A stretch of 64,000 nt of DNA, taken from positions 3,200,001 to 3,264,000 of the forward strand of contig CBDFKD010000002.1 of NCBI GenBank assembly GCA_965248695.1. The letters run 5' to 3'. Each line of letters opens with the position of its first letter. Position 1 is the first letter of the stretch. The stretch is from Acidobacteriota bacterium. Its GTDB lineage: Bacteria; Acidobacteriota; UBA890; WLXD01. Under the pieces are notes generated by a model. It worked only from the letters and a program-made list of their open reading frames with translations, searched no databases and was not told the origin of the DNA. Of the stretch, positions 48,505-59,150 are shown one piece after another. The position numbers and the translations under genes are program-made.

Positions 48505-49683
48505 ATGAGCTACCGACCTAGCCCGCAACAACCACATCTGCGCCGCCGGTTGCGTCGCCCGACGGCAATCGCCGCGTTGGCGTTCCTCGCGCTGGCAGCC
48601 GCGGCGTCGGCTGGCGCCCATAGCTTCGGTGTCACGCTCGTCACCCTGGTATTGCGCGACGACGCGACGTTCCAGGCAAGCATGCAGCTGGATCTCGACG
48701 CGCTAGCGCTCGGGGTAGCGCCCGACAGCGACGATGCGGAGCTGGTGGCGGTGCTGGCCGGAATGTCCGACGCCGAGCTGTCCGAACGCACCGATGCCCT
48801 GCGCCAGTTACTGCAGCGACGCGTCCGCGTCCTCTTCGACGGCGAACGAACGGACCTGCGGATCGAGTTCCCGGATCGTGCCGCTGGCCTGACGCGAGAC
48901 GCGACGCCGCCGACGTTCCTGGGCATACGGGCATGGCTCGCTGGCTCGGTGCCCGGTGGGGCGCACCAGGTGAGCTTCCGCGCCTCGCGCGCCTTCCTCC
49001 CGGTGCAGCTGACGGTTGTCGACGAGCGCACCGGCACGACGGTGCGAGAGCCGCTGGCGCGCGGCGACGAGAGCACGCCCTTCCCCCTTGACCCGAAGGC
49101 ACAGCCGGACACACCGGAGGGTTCGGTGGCCACCCTCCTGGACTACGTTCGGCTCGGCTTTCTGCACATCATCCCGGCCGGCGTCGACCACATGCTGTTC
49201 GTGCTCGGGCTATTCCTGCTCAGCTCTCGGCTACGTCCGTTGCTCCTGCAGGTATCGGCGTTCACCGTTGCCCACACGGTTACCCTCGCCCTTTCGGCGC
49301 TCGGGTTCATACAGCTGACGCCGGCGATCGTGGAACCACTCATCGCGCTGTCGATCGCCTACGTCGGAATCGAGAATGCGATCACCGACCAGCTGCGCGG
49401 CTGGCGCACCTTACTAGTGTTCGCCTTCGGCCTGTTGCACGGGCTGGGTTTCGCTGGCGTGCTGGGAAACATCGGCCTGCCGGCGGGCCAGGTGATGGTC
49501 GCTCTTATCGGGTTCAACATCGGCGTCGAGCTCGGTCAGCTTGCGATGATCGGCGCCGCCATCCTGATCCTCGGACGCTTCCGCACCCGGTCTTGGTATC
49601 GCCGGCGCATCGCCGTGCCAACCTCGCTCGCGATCGCTGCCACGGGGCTGTTCTGGTTCGTTACGCGAGCCCTGAGCGGCTGA
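48505..49683 (+). CDS. HupE/UreJ-family membrane protein with periplasmic N-domain
   Basis: AGAH signal cleavage site; LGFLHI...DHMLF, FTVAHTVTL, VEPLIALSI, FGLLHGLGFA, FNIGVELGQ. Confidence 0.88.
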   Translation: MSYRPSPQQPHLRRRLRRPTAIAALAFLALAAAASAGAHSFGVTLVTLVLRDDATFQASMQLDLDALALGVAPDSDDAELVAVLAGMSDAELSERTDALRQLLQRRVRVLFDGERTDLRIEFPDRAAGLTRDATPPTFLGIRAWLAGSVPGGAHQVSFRASRAFLPVQLTVVDERTGTTVREPLARGDESTPFPLDPKAQPDTPEGSVATLLDYVRLGFLHIIPAGVDHMLFVLGLFLLSSRLRPLLLQVSAFTVAHTVTLALSALGFIQLTPAIVEPLIALSIAYVGIENAITDQLRGWRTLLVFAFGLLHGLGFAGVLGNIGLPAGQVMVALIGFNIGVELGQLAMIGAAILILGRFRTRSWYRRRIAVPTSLAIAATGLFWFVTRALSG

Positions 49684-49851
49684 GCCGGCGATCAGGAGCG
49701 CAATCAACTACCAACGAGTCCGCTATCGGCGCGATACCTTGCACCCTCGGAGGCGGCAAACATACGATAATCCGCATGCCTGTCCGGTCAGCCCCGAGCG
49801 GCCGGAGCTCCACTTGCGCAGCTCGGCTACCTCTCCGTACCCGACCTCGAG

Positions 49852-52110
49852 ATGGCATCCATGCGAACGTCCCGACCCGGCAGCTGGTGTTCCCTACATT
49901 TGAGCGCCGTCGTGCTCCTGGCGGTGGTGTCGGCGGTTGTCGCCAATCCGTCTTCGGCAAGCGAGCCGCCGAACCGTGCGACCTTGGCCGCGGCCGACGA
50001 ATGGACCAGCTGGCGAGGCCCGAACCAGAACGGCGTATCTTCGGCCACCGGGCTGATCTCCGACTGGACGGTCGACGGCGACAACCAGATCTGGCGCTCC
50101 GAGCTCACTGGCCGTTCGACACCGGTGGTGTTCGACGGCCGCGTATGCGCCAACGGTCGCCGCGACGACACCATGGAGACCGTCGTCTGCTGGAGCGCCG
50201 AGTCCGGGGAGCTGCTGTGGCAGCGCGACTATCTGCTCTACAACACCACCGTGCCCTACAGCCGGGTTGGTTGGGGCAACGTCGCCGCCGACGCGGAGAC
50301 CGGCTACCTGTACGCCCATACGGTCGACGGACTGCTCACCTGCCTCGACCGCGACGGTGAGACCGTCTGGGAGATCCGACTCGGCGAGGATTTCGGCCGC
50401 GCATCAGGGTACGGCGGCCGCACCCACACGCCGGTGGTCGACGAGGACCGGGTGATCCTGACCATGATCGGCACCAGCTGGGGAGAGTTCGGTCCGCCGC
50501 GACATCGGTTCTACGCCTTCGACAAGCGCGACGGTCGGGTCGTCTGGATCTCCAACCCGAGCGAGGAGAACCCGAAGGACATGAACACGCAGGCCACACC
50601 GGTGATCGCCGAGATCGCCGGCCAGCGTCTGATGATCGGCGGCGGCGCCGACGGGTGGATCTACGCGCTCAAGGCCCGCACCGGTGAGCGTATTTGGAAG
50701 TTCCAGCTCAGCAAGCGTGGCATCAACACGGCGGTCGTCGTCGACGGCGATGTCGTATACGCCACCCACAGCGAGGAGAACCTCGAAGGCGGGCCGATGG
50801 GCCGCGTGGTGGCGATCGACGCGACCGGGAGCGGCGACGTCACTTCGACGCACGAGATGTGGCGCGCCGACGAGATCAGCGTCGGCTTCGCGTCTCCGCT
50901 GCTGCACGACAACGTCCTGTACTTGCTCGACAACTCGGCCAACCTGCTGGCGATGGATACTTCGACCGGCGAGGTGCTCTGGATCCACAACGTCGGCACG
51001 GTGGGCAAGAGCTCCCCTGTGTGGGCCGACGGCAAGATCTACGTCACCGAGGTCAACGGCAACTTCACCATCCTGGAGCCGGGCAGCGACGGAGCTGCCG
51101 TCCTGGACACCGACCGCGTCGAGATTCCCGAAGAGAACCGCCCAGCGGAGATCTACGGGTCGCCGGCGATCGCGTACGGTCGCATCTACTTCACTACCGA
51201 GAATGGTGTGTTTTGCCTCGGCGACCCGAGCCGGCAGTTCGCCGCCGCGCCCGGCGATAGCGTCGTCATGCCCGAGCTGGCACCAGACGGCGCCGTGCCC
51301 GCAGCGGTGGTGGTCGTACCTGCCGACCTTGTCGTCGGCAGCGGCCAGCAGGTCGCATTCGCGGCCCGGGTTTACGACGCCGAGGGCCGTTACATCGGCA
51401 CCCGCGCCGCCGACTGGTCGCTTCAAGGCCTCGAGGGACAGCTGAGCCCCGAAGGTGCTTTTGTTGCCGACCCCGCGGACGGCAACCAGGCCGGACACGT
51501 CGTCGGCAGCGTCGGAGAGCTCAGCGCCCGGGCGCGCGTGCGTGTCGCCGCGCCGCTTCCCTGGACGGAGGACTTCACCTCCGGACAGAAGCCACGGCAC
51601 TGGATCGGCGCCGGCCGCTACGCTACCGCCGAGCATGAGGGCGAGCCCGTCCTGCACAAGCCGCCCGCCGCCGTGGGTTTGAATCGGTCGGTTATCTATA
51701 CCGGGCCGGAGAGTACCTCTCGAGTCACGGTTCAGGTAGATCTTCTCGGCACCCGCCAGGGGCGACGGCGCCCCGACGGCGGCGTCGTCAACGGCGGATA
51801 CACGCTCGACCTCATGGGCAATCATCAGCGCATTCAGGTGCGCTCATGGGCATCCGAGCTACGCATGGCCCAGCAGGTCCCGTTCGAGTGGGACATGGAC
51901 ACCTGGTACACGGTCAAGCTACGCGTCGACCAGGCGGCCGACCGTGCCATCGTGCGTGGCAAAGTCTGGCCACGCGGCGAGAACGAGCCTCAGGCTTGGA
52001 CGATTTCCGCCGAGGATATGCAGCCGATTCGGCACGGCGCCCCGGGGATCTACGGTTACTCTCCGGTCGACCTCTACTTCGACAACTACAAAGTGACGGT
52101 GAACGAATGA
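49852..52110 (+). CDS. PQQ-binding-like beta-propeller protein with C-terminal extension
   Basis: WTSWRGP, GRSTPVV, FASPL, SSPVWADGKIY; extra Ig-like/beta-sandwich-like tail. Confidence 0.85.
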   Translation: MASMRTSRPGSWCSLHLSAVVLLAVVSAVVANPSSASEPPNRATLAAADEWTSWRGPNQNGVSSATGLISDWTVDGDNQIWRSELTGRSTPVVFDGRVCANGRRDDTMETVVCWSAESGELLWQRDYLLYNTTVPYSRVGWGNVAADAETGYLYAHTVDGLLTCLDRDGETVWEIRLGEDFGRASGYGGRTHTPVVDEDRVILTMIGTSWGEFGPPRHRFYAFDKRDGRVVWISNPSEENPKDMNTQATPVIAEIAGQRLMIGGGADGWIYALKARTGERIWKFQLSKRGINTAVVVDGDVVYATHSEENLEGGPMGRVVAIDATGSGDVTSTHEMWRADEISVGFASPLLHDNVLYLLDNSANLLAMDTSTGEVLWIHNVGTVGKSSPVWADGKIYVTEVNGNFTILEPGSDGAAVLDTDRVEIPEENRPAEIYGSPAIAYGRIYFTTENGVFCLGDPSRQFAAAPGDSVVMPELAPDGAVPAAVVVVPADLVVGSGQQVAFAARVYDAEGRYIGTRAADWSLQGLEGQLSPEGAFVADPADGNQAGHVVGSVGELSARARVRVAAPLPWTEDFTSGQKPRHWIGAGRYATAEHEGEPVLHKPPAAVGLNRSVIYTGPESTSRVTVQVDLLGTRQGRRRPDGGVVNGGYTLDLMGNHQRIQVRSWASELRMAQQVPFEWDMDTWYTVKLRVDQAADRAIVRGKVWPRGENEPQAWTISAEDMQPIRHGAPGIYGYSPVDLYFDNYKVTVNE

Positions 52111-53618
52111 TGCGTCGGAAGCTCCATCTCGGAATCCTGGCGGCAACCGTAGGCATCGGGCTCGCCAGCGGCGCGGCGATGCGCAGCGCCACTGCCGGCC
52201 CGACTCCGGTCAGCGCAACGCCGGCCGCGGCGGACGACGTCGCAATGTTCGGTGGCGGCCCGAGCCGCAACATGGTCTCCGACGAGACCGGGCTCCCCGG
52301 CGAGTGGGACACCCGCAGCGGCATGAACGTCAAATGGTCGGTGGGGGTCGGCTCGCAGAGCTATGCCGGCCCCGTGGTGGTTGGCGGCAAGGTGTTCATC
52401 GGCACCAACAACGAAGGTATGCGCAATCCCGATCTGCCCAACGACAAGGGCGTGATCATGGCGTTCGATGCCGATAGCGGCGAGTTCCTGTGGCAGATGC
52501 TGCATGACAAGCTGACCGCGGGACGGGTCAACGACTGGCCGCTACAGGGGATCTGCTCGACCCCGTTCATCGAGGGCGACCGGCTATACTACGTCTCCAA
52601 TCAGGCGCACGTTGTCTGCGTCGACACCGAGGGCCACCGCGACGGTGAGAACGACGGCCCCGACACCGACGAGCAGCACGTCTCCCCGATCGATGGCGAT
52701 CGCATCTGGTCGTTCGACATGATCGGCGAGGTCGACGCGTTCCCCCACAACCTGGCCACCAGCTCGCCGCTGGTAGTGGGCGACCTGGTGTTCGCCTCCA
52801 CCGGCAACGGCGTCGACGAGGGCCACGTGGCCATCCCGTCGCCGTTCGGCGCCAGCTTCGTGGCGGTGAACAAGCACACCGGCGAGCTGGTGTGGGACAA
52901 CGCAGATCCCGGCGAGGGCATCCTGCACGGTACCTGGACCAACCCCACCTACGCCGAGGTGGATGGAACGCCGATGGTGATCTTCCCCGGTGGTGACGGC
53001 TGGGTCCGTGCCTTCGTGCCGGAGACCGGCGAGCTGATCTGGGAGTTCGACGCCAACCCGAAGGACGCCGAATGGCGCCTCGGTGGCCGCGGTACGCGCA
53101 ACAACATTCTCTCCACCGTCGTGGTGCACGAGGGCAAGGCCTACATCGGCGTCGGGCAGGATCCGGAGCACGGTGAGGCACCGGGTCACTTCTGGTGCTT
53201 CGATCCCAGCGGCCGCGGCGACATCACCGACACCGCGGTCATCTGGCACCGTGGCGGCAGCGACTACCACCGCACCATGTCGACCGCCGCCATCGGCGAC
53301 GGCATCATCTACATTCCCGATCTGTCGGGCTTCCTGTACGCCCTCGATGCTGACACCGGCGAGCACTATTGGACCTACGACACGTTCGCGGCAGTCTGGG
53401 GCTCGGCGTTCCTCGCCGACGGCAAGGTCTACCTGGGTGATGAGGACGGCGACGTGATCGTGCTGCGCGCCGGCAAGGAGATGGAGGAGATCGCCGAGAT
53501 GAACCTCGGCGCCTCGGTCTATACCACGCCATATGCCAAGGACGGGGTGCTGTACATCCTGTCGCGCAATCGCCTGTTCGCGCTCGAGGATGGTGCACAG
53601 TCGGAGCCGATGAACTGA
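52107..53618 (+). CDS. PQQ-binding-like beta-propeller protein
   Basis: ATG overlaps the upstream TGA; MFGGGPSRNMV, SYAGPVVVGGKV, ICSTP, WGSAFLADGKVY. Confidence 0.85.
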   Translation: MMRRKLHLGILAATVGIGLASGAAMRSATAGPTPVSATPAAADDVAMFGGGPSRNMVSDETGLPGEWDTRSGMNVKWSVGVGSQSYAGPVVVGGKVFIGTNNEGMRNPDLPNDKGVIMAFDADSGEFLWQMLHDKLTAGRVNDWPLQGICSTPFIEGDRLYYVSNQAHVVCVDTEGHRDGENDGPDTDEQHVSPIDGDRIWSFDMIGEVDAFPHNLATSSPLVVGDLVFASTGNGVDEGHVAIPSPFGASFVAVNKHTGELVWDNADPGEGILHGTWTNPTYAEVDGTPMVIFPGGDGWVRAFVPETGELIWEFDANPKDAEWRLGGRGTRNNILSTVVVHEGKAYIGVGQDPEHGEAPGHFWCFDPSGRGDITDTAVIWHRGGSDYHRTMSTAAIGDGIIYIPDLSGFLYALDADTGEHYWTYDTFAAVWGSAFLADGKVYLGDEDGDVIVLRAGKEMEEIAEMNLGASVYTTPYAKDGVLYILSRNRLFALEDGAQSEPMN

Positions 53619-53683
53619 ACGAGCTGCACGGCGAGGAGTCGAGCCCGATCTCAGACGCGGAACATTTCCGCCGGCTCGAGCGC

Positions 53684-54082
53684 ATGTACCTCGGCGCCCC
53701 GGCGAACATGCCGTTCGACCCGCAGATTCATATCGGCGAGGGCACCGCGGAGGTGCGTTTCGCGGTGCGACCGGACTACTTCATCGCCACCGGCTCGATC
53801 CACGGTGCGGTGTACTTCAAGGCCCTCGACGACGCGGCGTTCTTTGCCTGCAACTCGCTGGTTCGCGGCAACTTCCTGCTCACCGCCTCGTTCAACATCC
53901 ACCTTCTGCGGCCGGTATCGGAGGGTGAGCTCGTAGCCGTCGGCACGGCCGTGCACGGGTCACGCTCGCTGTTGCTCGGCGAGGCGGTGCTTCACGACCG
54001 CGAGGGTCGACAGGTAGCGCGCGGCAGCGGCAGCTTCATGCGTGGTCGCGCCACGTTGACCGCGCAGATCGGCTACGCCTGA
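53684..54082 (+). CDS. PaaI-family (hotdog fold) thioesterase
   Basis: IHGAVYFKALDDAAF, FNIHLLRPV. The frame is open upstream (HFRRLERMY), so the true start may be earlier. Confidence 0.82.
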   Translation: MYLGAPANMPFDPQIHIGEGTAEVRFAVRPDYFIATGSIHGAVYFKALDDAAFFACNSLVRGNFLLTASFNIHLLRPVSEGELVAVGTAVHGSRSLLLGEAVLHDREGRQVARGSGSFMRGRATLTAQIGYA

Positions 54083-54096
54083 CCGGCGGACACAGC

Positions 54097-56142
54097 TCAG
54101 CTACGCCGCCATTCCCGAACTCGGACCGCGTAGACGCGTGGCGTCGCGGGCGGCAGCTTGGCCGGATCGAGCAGATCGGTATCGAACTCCCAGTCGCGAC
54201 TCGGCGCCTCGTAGACGGGGCTGCCGTAGACCCACGCGCCGGGGGCGTTGGTCGAGTACCACAGGTCGATCAGGCTGCCGCGATAGGTGAACGTGCGGCC
54301 GCTCCAGCTCTCCAGGAAACGCGGCAGGTTCTCGACACCGCCGTTGTACGCACCCGGCAAGGTCTCGGTGTTGCCGAGCAGGAAGGCGGCGTTGATCGTC
54401 GTGGTCGAGGCCCGCCTGTCGCCCAGCGCCTGCTGGCTGTAAGCAAGGTCATCGTCGCCCCACGCATTCGACAGGATGGTGATGGCGTCAGCGAGCACGG
54501 CCGCCGGCTTCTTGTTGGCGGAGTTGTAGTTCCCCTGCACGTAGGCCGGGTTCCCGGTGACCACCGTCAGCGCGTCGGGCAACAGCTGGCCGTTCTCGAG
54601 CTTCACGGCGAACTCGGTGTTGCCGCCGTCGTAGGGAGCGACGTAGCCGTCCCAGAGCTCCGGCCAGCTGACCGTGGTGCCCATGCTTGCGGGATCGCAC
54701 ACGGCGATGGGTGCGATGACGGCCTTGATCTGGTCCGCCTCATCTTCGGTCAGCTCCCCGTCGCGTTCACCCTGATCGAGCTCCAGCTCCGCAACCCGAA
54801 TCTGGGCGGCCGCCTCCCTCACCTGCGGTATCAGACAGGCATCCATGGCCAGATAGGTCGCCCCCAGCGCCACCTGCACGTTCGGTCCACAGCTCCCGGG
54901 CGGCCCCGGGGTCCCGTTCGGAACGCATCCGGCCGGGAACAGATCGGCGACCCAGTCGTCGATAGCCTGTTGCTGCTCCTCGAAGGCGCTCTGAATGGCC
55001 CAGTCCGGCACACCGTTGCCGGGCTCGAACGAGCCGATGTAGACGACGGCGGGCCCTGCCGGATAGGAGGCCAGGTTCGACAAGGCGACCATGTCGAGCT
55101 CCACCACCAGCATGGTCTTCTGCTCGCGCTGGTCGAACAGCAGGTCGAAATCGATCGCGCTGCCGAGGTTGAGCGGGTTGCCGTCGATGTCGAAGCCCTG
55201 GCCGTTGATGATGTTGATGCTCATCTCGGCGGAATAGGCGATCTTGGTGGTGCGGTCGGCCGGGGTGTCGGAGTCGTAGGCCGGCTCGATGATCTTGTGC
55301 GGGTTGCTGGGGTCGGCGATCGCCAGGTTCAGCCGCGTGATGCCATGATCCGCGGTGCGAACGTTGCCGTTCCAGCGCGCCAGCGACTCGTCGACCCAGC
55401 CGGTATGCGTGGAGTCGAGCCCGTTCATGCCCGGGAAGCTGCCCAGACCGTCGCGAATGTTCACCGCGCCGCCCGGCGTCGTGCCGGTGTCCTTGCGGCG
55501 ATGGAAGGCGTCGCCGGCGCTGGTAACGTTGGAGTCGATGGTCAGGCTGTTGCCGGCGCCGAGATACAGGTCGGCGTTGCTGTGCACCCGGCCTGACAGC
55601 GTCATCTCGGGGCCCGGAAGCAGCTCCAGGTCGAACTCGTAGAAGATCGCGAACTGGAAGATCGGGATGATGTCGAAGAAGGCGGCCATGGTTACCGACG
55701 AGGTTGCCGGCGGGTAGTCGGAGGTCTCGGCGCGCAACTCGACCGCGTAGGGGCGTGTCAGGGCAGTGAGGCCGTGGTAATAGCCCGAGGTCAACGGCCC
55801 CTCGGTCTGAGCTGCCGTCGGCACCAGCGAGTAGTTGCCGATGGCGATATCGGTCATCGCCGGCGGCGTGATCGCCGACAGCTCGCTGGTATCCGGGAAG
55901 CGGCCCAGCTGACGACCGAGATCGATGAGCTCGTTGAAGCTCGCCTGGGCGAGCCCGTCGGCCGCGTAGAAGGCTCTCCAGGACGATTCGTAGTTGGCGG
56001 CTACCTCGACCTCCGTGCTGGCCGTCTTGCTCGCCGAGGCGCCGAGAACGCTGACCACTAGAAGTATCAGAATGGTCATCAGCAGCGCGCTGCCGCGCTC
56101 CTCGCCAGCCGAACGAAGCGGTCTAGCCAACGACGTCTTCAT
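54097..56142 (-). CDS. PilX-like type IV pilus assembly protein (large)
   Basis: ERGSALLMTILILLVV, AFYAADG, GRVHSN, GGVENLPRFLESW, PPATP. Confidence 0.78.
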   Translation of the reverse strand: MKTSLARPLRSAGEERGSALLMTILILLVVSVLGASASKTASTEVEVAANYESSWRAFYAADGLAQASFNELIDLGRQLGRFPDTSELSAITPPAMTDIAIGNYSLVPTAAQTEGPLTSGYYHGLTALTRPYAVELRAETSDYPPATSSVTMAAFFDIIPIFQFAIFYEFDLELLPGPEMTLSGRVHSNADLYLGAGNSLTIDSNVTSAGDAFHRRKDTGTTPGGAVNIRDGLGSFPGMNGLDSTHTGWVDESLARWNGNVRTADHGITRLNLAIADPSNPHKIIEPAYDSDTPADRTTKIAYSAEMSINIINGQGFDIDGNPLNLGSAIDFDLLFDQREQKTMLVVELDMVALSNLASYPAGPAVVYIGSFEPGNGVPDWAIQSAFEEQQQAIDDWVADLFPAGCVPNGTPGPPGSCGPNVQVALGATYLAMDACLIPQVREAAAQIRVAELELDQGERDGELTEDEADQIKAVIAPIAVCDPASMGTTVSWPELWDGYVAPYDGGNTEFAVKLENGQLLPDALTVVTGNPAYVQGNYNSANKKPAAVLADAITILSNAWGDDDLAYSQQALGDRRASTTTINAAFLLGNTETLPGAYNGGVENLPRFLESWSGRTFTYRGSLIDLWYSTNAPGAWVYGSPVYEAPSRDWEFDTDLLDPAKLPPATPRVYAVRVREWRRS

Positions 56143-56146
56143 GACC

Positions 56147-56962
56147 TCAACCCCGGACGATGGAAAGGGCGCGCGGCACGACGCGCGCGCGCAGGGTGAA
56201 GGAGGCGCGATCGCCGGACTGGATTCGATCGTCCGCCGTCTCCGCGCTCAGCTCGATGTGGATCGTGCGGATCCTCAGCTGGCGCTCGGGCGTGTCGGGG
56301 ATAAACTCCACTGGCGGTAGGGAGTCGTCGAAATAACGAAACCGGAAATCGAGGACGTTCGACGCGATCGGCTGCGGTGTACGCGCGTCCACCTGCCGCA
56401 TGAGCACCTGGATGCCACCCTGCGTCTCCAGGTAGTACGAAGTCTGCGAGAGTTTGGCAACGGCAGCCGTGTCGGCGACCTCGTAGTTCTTCGACAGCGG
56501 CGCTACGAGCTGGAAACGGTCCGGCCAGAGCTGCTCGACCTCACCGAGCTCGATCGCGCCCCGGGCGTCATAGACCGCCACCCATTCGCCTGGCTGAAAC
56601 ATCGCCCCTTGTGGCACGAACACGTTCTCGAGTCCGGTCATGTCGGCGTCGAGCAGGACAGTGGCGCTCTGCGGGTTGGCGCGCAAATCGATACCGCCGT
56701 CGACTCGCGGAACCACGAGCGGGAACACGGGCAACATCGGCGTCAGGCCGACACCGGTCAACATGACGTCGCGCTGAATTCGGTCGAGCGCCATGCGCGC
56801 CGCCTGCTGCACGTTGCCACGGGCCGCGGTGTCCTGGTAAACGAACTGGGTGCTGGTAAGCATCATTCCCAGACCACCGACGATCATCATCGTCAGCGCC
56901 GTGCTGACCAGCAGCTCGATCAGCGTGCTGCCCCGGTCAGAGGCGACGGGTGCGACGATCAT
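56147..56962 (-). CDS. PilW-like minor pilin
   Basis: Class III signal RG|STLIELLV, VQQAARMALDRIQRDVMLTG. Confidence 0.8.
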   Translation of the reverse strand: MIVAPVASDRGSTLIELLVSTALTMMIVGGLGMMLTSTQFVYQDTAARGNVQQAARMALDRIQRDVMLTGVGLTPMLPVFPLVVPRVDGGIDLRANPQSATVLLDADMTGLENVFVPQGAMFQPGEWVAVYDARGAIELGEVEQLWPDRFQLVAPLSKNYEVADTAAVAKLSQTSYYLETQGGIQVLMRQVDARTPQPIASNVLDFRFRYFDDSLPPVEFIPDTPERQLRIRTIHIELSAETADDRIQSGDRASFTLRARVVPRALSIVRG

Positions 56963-57420
56963 TGGGTAAGGATCCGGTAGGTCTCGAGAACGATCTCGCG
57001 ATCGCCGCTCGCGTTGGCATCGCGCCAGCCGGCGACGACGCGGATACGCTTGAGCGAGAAGCTCTCATCGGTGATCTGCCAGCGCACGAAGGTTGTCGAG
57101 TTCCCTTCACCCAGGTCGACCGAGTAGCCGCCGTAGCTGCTCAACAGCGAGCCTCCGGCGGTCAATCGAGTATCGGAGAACTGCAGCGAGTTGAGGAACT
57201 CCAGCTGGTCGACGCCCAGCGCGGTGAGCTCGGTGATCTCCTGTGAGGTCGCCGAGGACGCAATTGCGAGCCCCAGCGAGGACACCACTCCCATGGCGAT
57301 GAACCCCGCCAACGCCGAGGCAACGAGCGCCTCGAGCAGCGAAAAACCCGTGTCGTGGACCGGTGCTCGGGCCGAATGCATGGGCCAGGTTCCGTCCATG
57401 GATCGTGTTTCGGCAGTCAC
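56959..57420 (-). CDS. PilV-like minor pilin
   Basis: Class III signal TG|FSLLEALVA; LKRIRVVAGW. Confidence 0.8.
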   Translation of the reverse strand: MTAETRSMDGTWPMHSARAPVHDTGFSLLEALVASALAGFIAMGVVSSLGLAIASSATSQEITELTALGVDQLEFLNSLQFSDTRLTAGGSLLSSYGGYSVDLGEGNSTTFVRWQITDESFSLKRIRVVAGWRDANASGDREIVLETYRILTQ

Positions 57421-57567
57421 TAGAAGACAGAATTACATACCAATAATCTGTTATATCAATTTAATGTCATCACACGAAGCTAAAACTCATCGAACGAGTA
57501 CATATCGCTCCATGAGACTCTCTGAAGGATGGTCGCGTTCCCGTCGGGATTCCAGTCACCGGAACTA

Positions 57568-59150
57568 CTAACTGGCAGCGCGAAGAGAGGCCGGCGGCAG
57601 GAGCACTCCGCCGGAATCCACCATCGCCTGGATGGTGTCCGCCCGCACTGGCTTGGAGAGGAAATAGCCCTGCACGTAGTCGCAATCGATCTGCCGGATG
57701 AACTCGAGCTGCTCCACGTTCTCCACGCCTTCGGTAATGACCTTGAGCGACAGACCGTGCGCCATCGCCATGATGGCGGAGACGAGGTTCGCGCTGCGGC
57801 GCGAGTCGGGCAATTCGGTCACGAAGCTGCGGTCGATCTTCAACGTATCCACCGGGAACCGAGTCAGGTAGGCGAGCGACGAGTAGCCGGTGCCGAAGTC
57901 GTCGAGCGACAACGAGATGCCGCGCTGGCGCAAGGCTTCCAGCGTCGGTGTGATGTGGGTGCTCGCTTCGATGAGGACGCCCTCCGTGAGCTCGTACTCG
58001 AGGTGCTCTGCAGAGAGGCCGAACTGCTCCAGAGTTCGGTCGGTGAACTCGAGAATGTCGTTGTCCCTCTCGAACTGTGTTCCCGACAGGTTGATCGCCA
58101 CCTTGATCGGGTATGGGGCGTTCCGATGCCATTCCGTCGCGTCCTGGCATGAGCGCTGCAACACAAATCGCCACATCGCACCGATCAGCCCGATCTCCTC
58201 GGCCACCGGAACGAAGCGGCCCGACGGCACGCGGCCAAACGCCGGGCTATCCCATCGGATCAACGCCTCCACCGTGTGTATCCGACCGCTCTTCAGGTCG
58301 ACGATCGGCTGGTATTCGAGGAACAGCTCCCGGCGATCGATCGCGTGGCGCAATTCGCCTTCGAGCGACATGCGCTCGGCGCTCTCCGACTCTGAGCCGG
58401 CATCGAAAAACCCGGCACCGCCGGTGACCGTATGCGACGCTGCCAGCTGGGCGCGCTGGATGAGTTGCGACGCCGTTCGGCCATCGGTCGGGATGAACAC
58501 GATCCCGGCGCGCACGGAAACCGCCACCTCCTGTTCGAGCACCTTCTGTGGTCGACGCAGCTGCGCCAGCCAGTCGGCTGCCAGTCGACCGACCGTCTCG
58601 GTGCTGGCGCCCCCCGGCACCAGAACCTGAAACGCATCCCCTTCGAGTCGGAAAGCACCACCAGCAGGAGATGCTTGCTGCGCCAGCCCATCGAGCTCGG
58701 TGCCGACTAGGGCGATGATTCGGTCGGCAACATCTAGACCGAGAGTCTCCCGAACACGCGTCAGCGACTGCAATTCGACGTGGATCAGCGTCGCCTCCTG
58801 CCGCCCTCGGCTAGAGTCCGCGTCCAACCGCTCCCGCAACGAGCGCCGATTCGGCAGACCGGTGAGGGCATCGTGATACGTCATATGTCGGATGTTGGTC
58901 TCGGCTTCGACGCGGTCGGTGACGTCGTGCAGCGTACCGACCAAGCCGACGACCTGGCCCCTTCGATCGTGCACCGGCTCGCCACGCTCCTGTACGTTGC
59001 GGATGTCGCCGTTGGGTCGCTCGAGGCGGTAATTGGTCGCATAAGGCTCGTGCGTCTCGAGCGCAGAGACTCGCGTCTGGCGCACCACGTCGCGGTCGGC
59101 AGCGTGCACCAGCCCCAGGAAGCTCTCATGCGTGCCGGGGTTCGCATCGA
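57568..59150 (-). pseudogene. C-terminal part (PAS-GGDEF-EAL) of an IS-interrupted c-di-GMP response regulator
   Basis: HDALTGLPNR, degenerate RLEGDAF, intact VEALIRW, ELTE, DDFGTGYSSL, EGVE, QGY. Confidence 0.9.

Noticed and set aside
57420-57567. c-di-GMP riboswitch upstream of the pilin genes
   Set aside because: I could not find the GEMM-type paired stems or tetraloop/receptor pattern; it looks like an AT-rich promoter region. An Rfam scan would settle it.
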